Notes under the pieces: model-generated | What the model was told of the DNA's origin: nothing | Database searches by the model: none | What the model saw: the letters and a program-made list of their open reading frames with translations, nothing else | Shown here: in pieces, positions 23,002-35,200 of the stretch | Position numbering within the stretch: the stretch's first letter is position 1 | How the letters are laid out: each line of letters starts with the position of its first letter | Source: Macrostomum lignano | Taxonomy: Eukaryota | DNA length: 64,000 bases | Direction of reading: 5' to 3' | NCBI GenBank assembly: GCA_002269645.1 | Contig: NIVC01003778.1 | Location: 13,151 to 77,150, forward strand | Program-made: the position numbers and the translations under genes

Positions 23002-25068
23002 ATGGAGCTTAATGTGCCCTATCAAAAGTTACAGGAGAGATTTGGAGACAACGACTTTGTTAAAGCTTTAAACGAAGGCTACTGCACTCTGTCGGATGGC
23101 TTCCTTACTAGAGAAGTTCGTTTTGTGCTTCAGAAATGCTTGACTGCGGAATTTCTCAACAGCCTCAATGAGCTAGACTTTAGCGATAGTTTCACTGCCG
23201 CCTTCATCTTTCAGCAGGACTGGCGTATAGGCGATTTTTTTGACAAGTTTAATTCCGAATTGAAAGCGTACTTCGACAAAGAAAGTACCATACTGTCCGG
23301 TATTAATCAAGACGGTGCCGAGAGCGAGGTGAGACTCTACGAAGTTGAAGATCGGTATCATCGGTTGTCGAAGGAGTTTTCTAAGTACTATAGTCAAGAA
23401 TTGGATGGAAGATGGAATTTTTTAAAACTAATTAACAATGTTTTCAAGTTCGAATCTCAGCTGTTAAATTCAAGTCGCGACGAATTGCAAAGTCGATCAG
23501 CCAAGAAGAGGCATGTCTCATCCGCTCTGTCCAGCGATTCGAAAAGTCTTGTAGCTAGCAAGGTTGCTCGGCTGTGCGAGCCTTGTATGGTTGGCAGAGG
23601 CCCACAGCTAGAAAAAACGTTGGGTTACTTGAAAACTGTTTGCCTCACGCCAGACCGAGCTCAAAAGCAGATTGATGGAGTGTCAACTCTTGTAAATGAA
23701 TTTCTTGCTTTGTCTCATCGCGTTTCTGCTATCAACAATTGCTTGGATTATCAGAATCTGTTAGAACTGGAGAAGAAAGCTCCATTAGAGCTTGTTTATC
23801 GGACCTGCTCACAGTTTGAGCAAAGTGGTATGCTTAAAAAGCTTGCAGACCCGATGAAGAAATTGCTACACAACTCCTTAGTGATTGAGGAACATGCTCG
23901 AGTCGTCCGAGTCGGGTCTAGCACTGCTGGTAAATACTTAAAGCTCCGCGTGCGACCACTCTTTGCCAAGTTCTTCCAAGTCGTACTAGGCGTTGAACGC
24001 GACGGTGATTTGCGCATCGCTGTATTGTCTGCTAAGACTGCGCATAACTTTGAAGACTTGTCGATGGAGGCCTTGTGCAATGCGGAGCAGTTAACTAAAA
24101 ATCTACTGGGTTCCAGCTCAATTGACTGGGATGGAAATACTGCCAAACTGTCGCTTCGCTTCGAAAATCGGCCGCAGTCATCTAGCAGCGAATCAAAGCC
24201 TACTCAGGCCTTTGTACTTTGCGTATTTTTCTTGACGCAACCAAACCCAGGTGGACTGTTGCCGGAGCAAACAGTCGTCTCGTGCTTGTCCAAGCCAATC
24301 GTTTTCATTACGAACGACATCCAGCGCTCGGAGGCTACGGCCGCTATTGAATGGTACGCTTCGGATCGTCCAGTCTACCCAATAGTTGCCGGAGCTCCCA
24401 AGCCGCTGACGCTTGATGAAGTAGTTTATCTAATCCAAAATTACATCCTTCGAAAAACTAAGCATCAAATCAATGCTGATAGTATTGCGTACTTCCGTGA
24501 AAAATGCCGTCTATTGTTATCAGCCGGCGATAGAGTAGTATTTAAAGATTTTATTAAAAAACCTATCATTGGAAGTGTGAGCAGTGGTGAGATCAAGCCT
24601 CGGTCACTGTGGGAATTCGCATTCTGTTGCGTGAATTTTGTCTTAAATAGCAAATATCTGTGCAAGGCGATGTTCTCTAACGGACTCGTGTATGGATTTG
24701 TAACGCGAGACAAAGCCGATGAACTCCTGAGATCGAATCCGCACCACCCGAACTCGCTTGCTCTGTTACGGTTCTCAGAGACCATGGCAACCGTTACCGT
24801 GGCGATATGGCGTAACGGTGAAACAATGCACGAAGTGCCAAAGCCGAAGAAGCATTTTGACAATACTTCGGTGCCTGAGTTTTGTTACACTCCGATTCAA
24901 CAAGAAAGCGTGCTCAAATATGACGGCACGTTCGCTACCCCGCATGAGCTGAGCTCGTACTTTCCAAAGGATAGCTATATACCTGGCTACGTTGCGATCA
25001 GCAGAGACATGGACTTATTAAGCCTTTGCAGCGGTGAAATACCTGACGATTATATTTTTAGTACTTGA
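23002..25068 (+). CDS. STAT: STAT-family transcription factor, intronless, 688 aa
   Basis: N-domain-like start (GFLTREVRFVL), DNA-binding-domain motifs (NSLVIEEH...LRVRPL; SKPIVFITNDIQRSEATAAIEW), SH2 (GLVYGFVTRDKADELL...LLRFSET, Arg590) and GYV tyrosine motif (Tyr663). Confidence 0.85.
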   Translation: MELNVPYQKLQERFGDNDFVKALNEGYCTLSDGFLTREVRFVLQKCLTAEFLNSLNELDFSDSFTAAFIFQQDWRIGDFFDKFNSELKAYFDKESTILSGINQDGAESEVRLYEVEDRYHRLSKEFSKYYSQELDGRWNFLKLINNVFKFESQLLNSSRDELQSRSAKKRHVSSALSSDSKSLVASKVARLCEPCMVGRGPQLEKTLGYLKTVCLTPDRAQKQIDGVSTLVNEFLALSHRVSAINNCLDYQNLLELEKKAPLELVYRTCSQFEQSGMLKKLADPMKKLLHNSLVIEEHARVVRVGSSTAGKYLKLRVRPLFAKFFQVVLGVERDGDLRIAVLSAKTAHNFEDLSMEALCNAEQLTKNLLGSSSIDWDGNTAKLSLRFENRPQSSSSESKPTQAFVLCVFFLTQPNPGGLLPEQTVVSCLSKPIVFITNDIQRSEATAAIEWYASDRPVYPIVAGAPKPLTLDEVVYLIQNYILRKTKHQINADSIAYFREKCRLLLSAGDRVVFKDFIKKPIIGSVSSGEIKPRSLWEFAFCCVNFVLNSKYLCKAMFSNGLVYGFVTRDKADELLRSNPHHPNSLALLRFSETMATVTVAIWRNGETMHEVPKPKKHFDNTSVPEFCYTPIQQESVLKYDGTFATPHELSSYFPKDSYIPGYVAISRDMDLLSLCSGEIPDDYIFST

Positions 25069-25725
25069 CTTGGCTTATCAACAATGTTTAATCGTTTTAG
25101 TAAGCCTATTTTCGTATGAAAATTGTTTTACGAGCGTAAAAGGGTTTTGTAAATCGCATTGATGAGAACACTTAAAAGTTGTGCATTTCTCTGCCTATAT
25201 CTGCTCACAACCAAATTAACTCCAAGTCAGTTCAGAGCATACAATTGTTGACTCTTCGGGGTTTTTAATATATTATTTTCTACGTATCAAGCGAACTCAG
25301 TCTACTAGCAAACTCAGTCACAGAAGATGTCTAATTAAATAGCGTAGTATTTTTAACGCCGCTGCATTAACTCTGCGAATGTACTTTGTCTTAGTTGGTT
25401 ATGACTTTAGCATCTAAATAATTGGTTTCACGTCTTAACAGAGTCTAAATACGATTTTAATTTCATGAGTAAAACTACGAGTATTTCGATTTATTAAAAA
25501 ACGGGCAAAAATAGAACCATTAAACTGTTATTCAATTTCCTTTTTCCAACAAAACCGAAGTGCAACTCTTTGTAATGTACTTTGCATGATGCATCATCAC
25601 ACTCTACTAATTTCTCATAATCGTTCAAAACTGCCGTTGTGCCGTGGAACGGAGATCATGCTATTGTAAATGTATTAAACTTGGCTCCTATTTTAAATTT
25701 CTTTATGCTGCTTTTCTAATCACGA

Positions 25726-25860
25726 ATATCATCTTCTAATCACGAGTATCATCTAATCACGAATATCATCTTCTAATCACGAATATCATCTTCTAATCAC
25801 GAATATTATTTAATCACGAATATCATCTTCTTATCACGAAAATTATTTAATCACGAAGAT
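25726..25860. repeat. Short ~20-bp tandem repeat (TAATCACGAATATCATCTTC)
   Basis: About 6-7 degenerate copies. Confidence 0.8.
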
Positions 25861-26371
25861 ACGGCTCGTAATTTTCTAATCACACGATTTTCTAATAACG
25901 AATATAACCATTTAATTTTCTAATCGCAAATATAAAATCCTAAATACGTTTTTTTATATTGGTTCACGCTTCGCAAAAAACTGAAAAAGTTTTAACTTAA
26001 TCCGATTGCCCAGTTAACTTATGCCCCTCCACTTGTAAACTGATTGGTGCTTTACAACTTTTTTGAATTATACTTAAAAAAACTATTACCAGGGATTAAT
26101 AAGATTCTTATCGTTCTTATCGACTTTCGTATCTAAGAGTTGTTTTATTTTAATATATTCAATTCTAATTACGACATATGACATACGATGCGAGTGATAC
26201 TTTATGCCTGCTACCTGTCGTTGGTGAAATTTTCTTGCGTTTTCTAAAAGTTTTTTGTTACATTCTCAGGAGTTATTTAATTGAAGCAGTTTAGACTAAA
26301 TTTTTACGAGCTAGTATATTGGAAGTGCTCGGGGTTAGGGTTTCGGTATAACTTAATACTGCCCCTTATCA

Positions 26372-27930
26372 CAGTTCCCCCTTCTCCAGTGCCCCCCCCC
26401 CCAGTCTCCATAGTTCCCCCTTCTTCAGTGCCCCCCAGTCTCCACAGTTCCCCCTTCTCCAGTACCCCCCCCCCCAGTCTCCACAGTTCCCCCTTCTCCG
26501 GTGCCCCCCCCCCCAGTCTCCACAGTTCCCCCTTCTTCAGTGCCCCCCAGTCTCCACAGTTCCCCCTTCTCCAGTACCCCCCCCCAGTCTCCACAGTTCC
26601 CCCTTCTCCGGTGCCCCCCCAGTCTCCACAGTTCCCCTTCTTCAGTGCCCCCCAGTCTCCACAGTTCCCCCTTCTCCAGTACCCCCCCCAGTCTCCACAG
26701 TTCCCCCTTCTCCGGTGCCCCCCCCAGTCTCCACAGTTCCCCCTTCTCCGGTGCCCCCCAGTCTCCACAGTTCCCCCTTCTCCGGTGCCCCCCCCCCCAG
26801 TCTCCACAGTTCCCCCTTCTCCGGTGCCCCCCCCAGTCTCCACAGTTCCCCCTTCTCCGGTGCCCCCCAGTCTCCACAGTTCCCCTTCTCCAGTGCCCCC
26901 CTCCAGTCTCCACAGTTCCCCCTTCTCCAGTACCCCCCCCCAGTCTCCACAGTTCCCCCTTCTCCGGTGCCCCCCCCCCAGTCTCCACAGTTCCCCCTTC
27001 TCCGGTGCCCCCCCCAGTCTCCACAGTTCCCCTTCTCCGGTGCCCCCCTCCAGTCTCCACAGTTCCCCCTTCTCCAGTGCCCCCCTCCAGTCTCCACAGT
27101 TCCCCCTTCTCCAGTGCCCCCCCCAGTCTCCACAGTTCCCCCTTCTCCGGTGCCCCCCAGTCTCCACAGTTCCCCCTTCTCCGGTGCCCCCCAGTCTCCA
27201 CCCCCCCCCCCAGTCTCCACAGTTCCCCCTTCTCCGGTGCCCCCTCCAGTCTCCACAGTTCCCCTTCTCCAGTGCCCCCTCCAGTCTCCACAGTTCCCCC
27301 TTCTCCAGTACCCCCCCCCAGTCTCCACAGTTCCCCTTCTCCGGTGCCCCCCCCAGTCTCCACAGTTCCCCCTTCTCCGGTGCCCCCCCCCCCAGTCTCC
27401 ACAGTTCCCCCTTCTCCGGTGCCCCCTCCAGTCTCCACAGTTCCCCCTTCTCCAGTGCCCCCCTCCAGTCTCCACAGTTCCCCCTTCTCCAGTGCCCCCC
27501 CCCCCCAGTCTCCACAGTTCCCCCTTCTCCGGTGCCCCCCAGTCTCCACAGTTCCCCCTTCTCCGGTGCCCCCCAGTCTCCACCCCCCCCCCCAGTCTCC
27601 ACAGTTCCCCCTTCTCCGGTGCCCCTCCAGTCTCCACAGTTCCCCTTCTCCAGTGCCCCCCCCAGTCTCCACAGTTCCCCCTTCTCCAGTGCCCCCCTCC
27701 AGTCTCCACAGTTCCCCTTCTCCAGTGCCCCCAGTCTCCACAGTTCCCCCTTCTCCGGTGCCCCCCCAGTCTCCACCCCCCAGTCTCCACAGTTCCCCCT
27801 TCTCCAGTGCCCCCCCCCCAGTCTCCACAGTTCCCCCTTCTCCGGTGCCCCCCCAGTCTCCACAGTTCCCCCTTCTCCGGTGCCCCCCCCAGTCTCCACC
27901 CCCCCCCCTAGTCTCCACAGTTCCCCCTTC
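26372..27930. repeat. ~35-40-bp C-rich minisatellite (CAGTCTCCACAGTTCCCCCTTCTCCGGTGCCCCCC) with variable poly-C
   Basis: About 42 copies; unit length varies through homopolymer length. Confidence 0.95.
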
Positions 27931-28248
27931 TCCAGGGCTCTTCTCTTCACAGTGCCCCCGTCTCCCCAATGCTCTTCTCTTCGCAGTGCCCCCTTCTCTA
28001 GTGCTCTTCTCTTCACAGTGCCCCTTTCGTCACAGTGCCCCTTTCTTCACAGTGCCCCCTTCTCTAGAGCCGCCTTCTCCACAGTTCCCCTTTTTTACAG
28101 TGCCCCGTCTCCTAAATGCCCCCTTCTCCTCATGGCCCCCTTAGACACAGTGCCACATTCTCCCCAATGCCTCCTTTCCGCAGTTGTTTGCAAAGACGAA
28201 GCCAAATGCCAAATGACACTATTTATTTTTTCTATCAAATTTCATGCC

Positions 28249-28701
28249 ATGGAGCGAGTTGCCTACATGCCGTTTCAAGTGACCTCGGATCACGGCGACA
28301 CGCGTCGCGAAGAGTATCTAATGTCAACACTGCGCATCAGCGATCAAGATCCTGCACTGTTTAATTGTTCCTTTAGAGGTCGGCCGATCAGCGGTAAGAC
28401 TATTCGAGAATTACCCCACGGATGCGTGGGTCATCTAGTCACCCTGCTGCCCAGACCCAGCGATGCCGAGGTCGTTATTGACGACAACAAAAGCGACGGT
28501 CGACAAGTTCGCGTTGAAGAGACCTTTTCTAGCATGTCTGTGTGCAGTCTGGGCAGCAGGCACCATCACACGGACAAATTGTCCCAGGCTATTACCAGCT
28601 GGATGAAGCTTAGCCGCCTGATTCACGATCCCATTGATAAAGACAGTGTGAATGCTACCACTGCTAATGATGATACTACTGAGAATGACAATGCTAAGTA
28701 G
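28249..28701 (+). CDS. RNASEH2C: Ribonuclease H2 subunit C (~150 aa; alternative in-frame ATG at 28213)
   Basis: YMPFQV...SFRGRPISG...LPHGCVGHLV...ETFSSMSV...SWMKLSRLIH matches the RNase H2C pattern. The 5' part of track ORF 26281-28701 is repeat-derived. Confidence 0.8.
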   Translation: MERVAYMPFQVTSDHGDTRREEYLMSTLRISDQDPALFNCSFRGRPISGKTIRELPHGCVGHLVTLLPRPSDAEVVIDDNKSDGRQVRVEETFSSMSVCSLGSRHHHTDKLSQAITSWMKLSRLIHDPIDKDSVNATTANDDTTENDNAK

Positions 28702-29292
28702 TTCAATTAATAAGAACTCTTACCTAAACTAATGCATGATGATAAATGACTTTAACTTCAGCGTTACCGTTGCAATCTCTGTAAATTTGTTTCTCCATTG
28801 CTGTACTTTAAAAAGTCAATTATGTTCTATATAAATCGTTAAAAAATCAAATCATCTCATAACGGTTTTGTTTTAACTTTCCCATTATAATATTTTACAC
28901 GGGCATAGTTGCATTTGAAAATTGATAACTAATCCATCAGTACATTGTGAAACTTGCATTTTTCTATAATGTTGCTTTTTATCGAATGATCTGTTGGTCA
29001 GTTAAACGTATTCTGTTTAGCTTTTTTTTTCGTTTGCCACATGTTAGGTTAAGCTATAGGATTAACCATTTAGTTTAGGATAGGCATTAATAATGTGTGA
29101 GTCTGACCCTTAGGGCACAAAGAGTGTCCATCCCTGACAATTAGAAAGTCAGGGTCGTTGCACACACTGTGTGAGCGTGTGTATGCCAGCGCTGGTTGTT
29201 GTTGGACGCAACAGTCTTGTAAATGTTTAGATATTTATTATCTTATTTATACTGCTTTGCAAACACATTCATGCCATTGTTCCAGCCTAATA

Positions 29293-30799
29293 ATGTATCA
29301 GCGTCTCTATCGATCCGTCCGATTTCTCTCTGGACTCGCCGTTCAACGGCAGCAGCAGTTGTCTGCTATCAGCAATTTGAGTGGCATTTCTAGAAGCTCT
29401 CAACTTTGTAGTCATCGATTGATGTCGTCTACTTCTTCGGAGGCCGACGCTGGCGCTCCTGGAGTCGGTGGCGAGGCTGATGACGCCCAGAAGCTGGAGC
29501 AGCAGCAGCAGGAGGTTGCGGCTCTGGCTAAACGTTGCTCGGAATTACAAACGGCTATGGATCAGCTGCAGGTGAAGCTTATTTAATTGTTTTTATTGAA
29601 TTGAATTAAAATTCATGAGAGTCAGGGCCGCCGTGCGAGTGTGCGTCCCTGTGCGGGCGTGTGTCTGTGTAAATATTCTTGCTTCAATACGTTTCAGGGC
29701 CATATTAAACACTGTTGCAGTGTATTCTACTTCTGCAGAGTAGTAGTATTAGAACATTTTTAAAAATAGTTTGTTTCGTAATCGTATCTAACTTTGAACA
29801 GGACAAGTACGTTCGCGCTCTAGCCGAAAGTGAGAACACCAGGCGTCGATTGACTAGACAAGCCGAAGAGGCTCGGATATTTGGTATCTCCGCATTCTGC
29901 AAGGATCTCCTCGACGTTGCCGACGTTCTGGCTAAGGCGAACGAGACCGCGCCACCTGAGGCAGATCCCACTCTGGTGGAGGGTCTGCGCATGACTGAGG
30001 CCCAGCTCAAACAGGTGAGTACCTGGCTGACTTTGTGGAGTACCTTTGTTCTTGTGTCCTTAATCGGTTATGATCGTGTCCTTGGTTGGTTGTGAGATTG
30101 TGTCCTTGGTTGGTTGTGAGATTGTGTCCTTGGTTAGCTGTGAGATTGTGTCCTTGGTTGGTTGTGAGATTGTGTCCTTGGTTAGCTGTGAGATTGTGTC
30201 CTTAGTTGGTTGTGAGATTGTGTCCTTATAGTTGGTTTTGAGATCGTGTCCTTAGTTGATTGCGAGATCGTGCCCTTAGTTGGTTTTGAGATCGTGTCCT
30301 TGGTTAGTTGTGAGATTGTGTCCTTGGTTGGTTGTGAGATTGTGTCCTTGGTTGGTTGTGAGATTGTGTCCTTGGTTAGCTGTGAGATTGTGTCCTTAGT
30401 TGGTTGTGAGATTGTGTCCTTAGTTGATTGCGAGATCGTGCCCTTAGTTGGTTTTGAGATCGTGTCCTTAGTTGGTTATGAGATCGTGTCCTTGATTGGT
30501 TATGAGATCGTATCCTTAGTTTGAGATCGTGCCCTTAGTTTGTTATGAGATCGTGTCCTTGATTAGTTATAAGATCGTGTCATTCCTGGCCACTTCAGGT
30601 GTTCCGACGTCACAAGCTTGAGCCAATAAAACCCGACGTTGGCGAGAAGTTCGACCCGAATCAGCACGAGGCCCTATTCGAAGTGCCCGTTGCCGAGAAT
30701 TGCCAACCAGGCACTGTTGCCGTAGTTACAAAGGTTGGCTACCGTCTGCACGAGAGAACCCTTCGTCCAGCTCTTGTTGGCGTGGTCAAATACACCTGA
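29293..30799 (+). CDS. GRPEL1: Mitochondrial GrpE nucleotide-exchange factor, exons 29293-29571, 29802-30014, 30599-30799 (~230 aa)
   Basis: Arg/Ser-rich presequence, DKYVRALAESENTRRR, FCKDLLDVAD, GEKFDPNQHEALF, GYRLHERTLRPALVGV. Phase-0 GT-AG introns; AATAAA at 30891. Confidence 0.95.
30075..30582. repeat. 24-bp minisatellite (GAGATTGTGTCCTTGGTTGGTTGT) filling GrpE intron 2
   Basis: About 21 copies. Confidence 0.95.
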
Positions 30800-32000
30800 A
30801 CATTTTAGTTACACCAATAGTTCTAACGGGGTGTTTTGATCGTATATATTATATAGTGTTTGCAATTAATCTGTGCTGGGCTATTTGTTAAATAAATGAG
30901 CTTTTATAAAAACCGTGTGGGAGGAGTATTGATCAAGCACCCTGTCTATTTAGCTTTTCTTTAGGTAAGAACTTAAGTCTAAAGAGTAACTTTTGTCTTT
31001 GCATTACTACTAGGTACTGACTATGCACCCCTCTGATTCAGTAGTATCGTTCGAATGACGGAAGATAAGAAAGTTGCGCTTCTTTGCCATCTCATTGTAC
31101 GATCCACTTGCAACTTATACGCCTTTCGTTGTGTACTGATCGATATATTCAGTCTGTTCTGCATACGATTGTCAAGGTCGTTTTGCCGGTTATCCTTTAT
31201 TTTTAATAGCTAATAATAGGATTTGCATTTGCTCTTGTATGGAACATAAATGTTACTTTGAGCAAATAAACTGAAGCAGCAACGTACGTAAGAAAAAGAC
31301 TTACTTAAGTTGCTTCTCGTGAAGTTATTTGATTGTAACTGCAACGAATCAGTTTTGGTTGTTTAACATTTTTCTTCATTTTAATTGAATAAATAAACTA
31401 CTTGACGGCTTGACAGGCACAATATGATTTAAATGTACTGCAACAAATACAAATAACCTGAAAATGAAGGAATGATTGCTCAGAATCTCATGTAAGCTCT
31501 TTCATGTACAATGTTCAATGCATGTTAGAGTACATACATCGTGCATCTCGTCTCTTGGTACATCTTTGACTTTTTCTGAGCTTTCACAATTTTTATTCCC
31601 TTAATGGTTTAATTGACGTTTTGATACTACAAAAGTATACAGGCTTTTTCATTAAAACCCGAAATACCCCAAGTTGGCAATGATTAAGATTTGTTAACGG
31701 AGAGTTACATATTCAGCTGAAAATAGCATTAAATACCCATGTAAACAGAAAATTAAGACTGCAGACAGTTGTTTCGTCAATAATTATAATATGCCAGTAC
31801 GAGCTACTATATAATTAAGGTATTTATGAAGGACAATTTACGTACAAGAGCAACAAGCTTTTTGCTGTTGAAAGCTAGCTATTCCCTAAAACTGGGGTTG
31901 TTGCTTCGCCGTTTGAATTGAACGTGCGTGGGCATGCAGACCCAAATCTAAAAATAACATTTTTACACGCCTCAAGTAGGCGTGTTGCTTTCGCATAAGA

Positions 32001-32123
32001 CCACGTCAGCCTTAGGGAATTCCTAACGGAATCACCCAATAGTGTCATGGCAACTGTCTTGCGCCGACCAATAGAAAGCGACCACATCTAATTGCGTCTT
32101 ACTAATCTGCTTTCCGCGCCAAT
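32001..32123 (+). promoter_or_regulatory. Unfolded-protein-response promoter module: UPRE (TGACGTGG, minus strand, 32001-32008), ERSE-like CCAAT-N9-CCACA (32068-32086), extra CCAAT boxes at 32036 and 32119
   Basis: Motifs match the established UPRE and ERSE consensus and lie 110-230 bp upstream of the Grp94 ATG. Confidence 0.65.
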
Positions 32124-32233
32124 TTAAACACGAACGCAAGAAAACTTTCTTTTAAACTGTCTTTCTGACTAGTTAATTATATTATAATAAAGTTCTCATT
32201 TTGTGTTTCCTGGCTACAGAAGCATCTTTCACA

Positions 32234-35200
32234 ATGCAGAGAGGATACTTCTACTTTGCATTTACCTTGCTGCTTGTCTTTGGTAAGTGAACCGCTGCTC
32301 ATTTAATTAGAAATATATCAATTGTAAATTGTATTGACATTGCAAAAATGGTTTCCTGTTGCCTGTTGGTTGGGTCGGGTTTCTTCATTGCTAAAAATTT
32401 CTGTGATGTGCTCTGCAGCTGTTTTTTGTCAAATAGGCCTAGCTATTTTCATAAAACATAATGTTTGCATTAATTAGTTAGCTTAGTAGCTCTTTAAGAA
32501 TCAGATTTTTTATTTTAATTTCTAATACTGTCTTTGACTCTTAAATTCTCATAATTGCCTTCTATTGTCAGACATTGACAACAAAAGCCAGTGACAATTT
32601 TAGGAAACAGGAGGCCAAAGGGCATGCTATTATAAGATGTGGCCAAAAATTCTATATCTTTGATGGCATGCCTCTTTTGATTATCTAGTTATAGGTTGCT
32701 GCTTTCATTTTTATTCATACCTTGTCTTAAGCAAAGCTATTATACTAGCTAATCTAAACTAATTGATTTTGAAAGTGTTTAGTTTAAAAATGATTTAAAA
32801 AATAGTTTAAAAAATCTTTTTTGGCTTGGCTAGACAAATAAAAGTCTAAAAATATGGCTTTCTTTTAAAACTATCAGTATAAAAGTTATCAATTTTTATA
32901 ACTTATCCTTGGCCTGCCACATTTTATATTGGCTAGATTAAGCAAGTTGCCTAGTAGTTGCACATATATACTAATACATATGATTTATATAAATGGTTTA
33001 TATACTCAGCAATATTGAAAAGTCACTATTCTATATGCCAATAAGCAATTTGTCTTGGACTAGTCTGTAATAAAAGATGCAAAAAAAACTCAAGGGTAGC
33101 TTTAATCTAATCAACCCTTTTGCATACTTATCTCCCATTCCTATTTCATTTCTTTATCCAAGTCTATTGCAACATAGCTAAGTTGTGTCACTTGCAAATA
33201 TTGGAAGACTTGACCTGCATTCTCAAAACAACAAAAGTGGCAACTATAAATATAATCTTCCATGATAGCAACTTTTTAATAATGTTGCTAAGTATATAAT
33301 AACAAAGTAATGTTTGTTTTCCATTTTCAATATATATGAAGCCAAGCAATAATACAATTCTGTCCTAATCTGCTTTCTTACCTTGGATTTCACCTGCAGG
33401 CATCCTGTCCTCGCTGGTGCCCCCGGCCCAGTCGTCGCAGCAATCTGACGATGCCAGCAAAGTGACGGAGCCAACTGGTAGCGACAAAGTTGGCTCCAAA
33501 ACTGACGACCGCGTGGTCGAACGCGAGGAGCAGGCCATCAAGCTCGATGGTCTCAACGCTGCTCAAGTTAAAGAGCTTCGCGAAAAGGCCGAGAAGTTCA
33601 CCTTCCAGGCTGAGGTTGATCGAATGATGAAGCTAATTATCAATTCGCTCTACAAGAACAAGGAGATCTTCCTTCGCGAGCTCATCTCCAATGCTAGCGA
33701 TGCCCTGGATAAGATCCGCTTCCTGTCTCTCACTAACAAGGAGGTCCTGTCTGCTACCGACGACCTCAGCATCCGCATCAAGGCCGATAAGGACGCGAAG
33801 ACTTTGCACGTGATTGACACCGGCATCGGCATGACCAAGGAGGATTTAGTGAAGAATCTGGGCACAATTGCCAAGTCGGGCACATCGGAATTCTTTAATA
33901 AATTCAACGAGGCCAAGTCTCAGACTGAGATGACGGATTTGATTGGCCAGTTTGGTGTTGGATTTTACAGCGCCTTCCTTGTCGCAGATCGGGTCACCGT
34001 CATTACTAAGAATAACGACGACAAGCAGTACATCTGGGAGTCCGATGCCAGCAGCTTCTCTATTAATGAGGATCCTAGGTGAGAAAATGACTTTAGAGTT
34101 ATCTTTCAAAGAATTTAAAGGATTTCTAGGCCAATTTAAATGTTTAATAGTCAATTAGACTAGGTAGTAGAGATTTGTAACAGCCCACTCAGATAAGTAA
34201 GAAAGCGGTAAACTTCAAAGGGCCAGATTGAGAACCTAACATATAATTGCGGGCCAGAGGAGGGGAGAGAGGTAATAGAGAAGATAGATGGGAGGAGAGC
34301 TGAGGGAGAGGAAAGGAGTGAGAATAGAAGAGAAGGAGAGGAGAGAAGAAGAGAAGAGAGAAAAAAGAAGGGGAGGAGAGAGAAGAGAGAAGACTGGAGA
34401 GGAGAGGAAAAAAAAAGAGGATATTAGAGAGAAGGGAGCTGAGAAGAGACAAACCTTGAGCAGGCCGGATTGCTATTGTGAAGTTTCAATGGACCCGAAG
34501 ACCGGATAGAGAGGCTTTGCGGGGGGGGAGTTTTCCGACCCCCTGCTCTAAATCCTACAACTGCAGGCAAATCACCCGCTTTGCAGAGGCAACACGCTGA
34601 AGCGGGGCACCGAGATCATTCTGCACATGAAAGATGAGGGCCTGGACTGGCTGGAGCCCAGCAGCCTGCGCGATCTCATTGTGAAGTACTCGCAGTTCAT
34701 CAACTTCCCAATCTACGTGTGGGAGAGTCGCACCGAGACAGTTGAAGAGGCGGCCGAGAAGTCCGAGGAGAAGAAGGAGAAGAAAGACGAGGACGCCACA
34801 GTAGAGGAGGAGAAAGAGAAAGCCGAGCCGAAGAAGGTTGAGAAGACTGTGTGGGACTGGCGCCTGGTGAACGAGAACAAGCCCATCTGGACCAGGAAGC
34901 CTGCCGAGATCACTGACAGCGAGTACAACCAGTTCTTCAAGTCCTTCACCAAGGCTAGCGAGGATCCTCTGGCCAAGACTCACTTTGTTGCCGAAGGCGA
35001 GGTCACATTCAAGAGCATCTTATTCGTCCCTAAGACTGCCGACTTTGACGCCTGGTCGAACTTTGGCAAGAAAACTGACAACATCAAGATGTACGTTCGA
35101 CGAGTGTTTATCACCGACAACTTCGAAGAGATGATGCCAAAGTATCTCAGCTTCATCAAGGGCATTGTTGATTCGGACGATTTGCCATTGAACGTCAGCC

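Noticed and set aside
26281-28200. Proline-rich N-terminal extension of RNase H2C
   Set aside because: Derived from the C-rich minisatellite; the recognisable RNase H2C domain starts near 28249.
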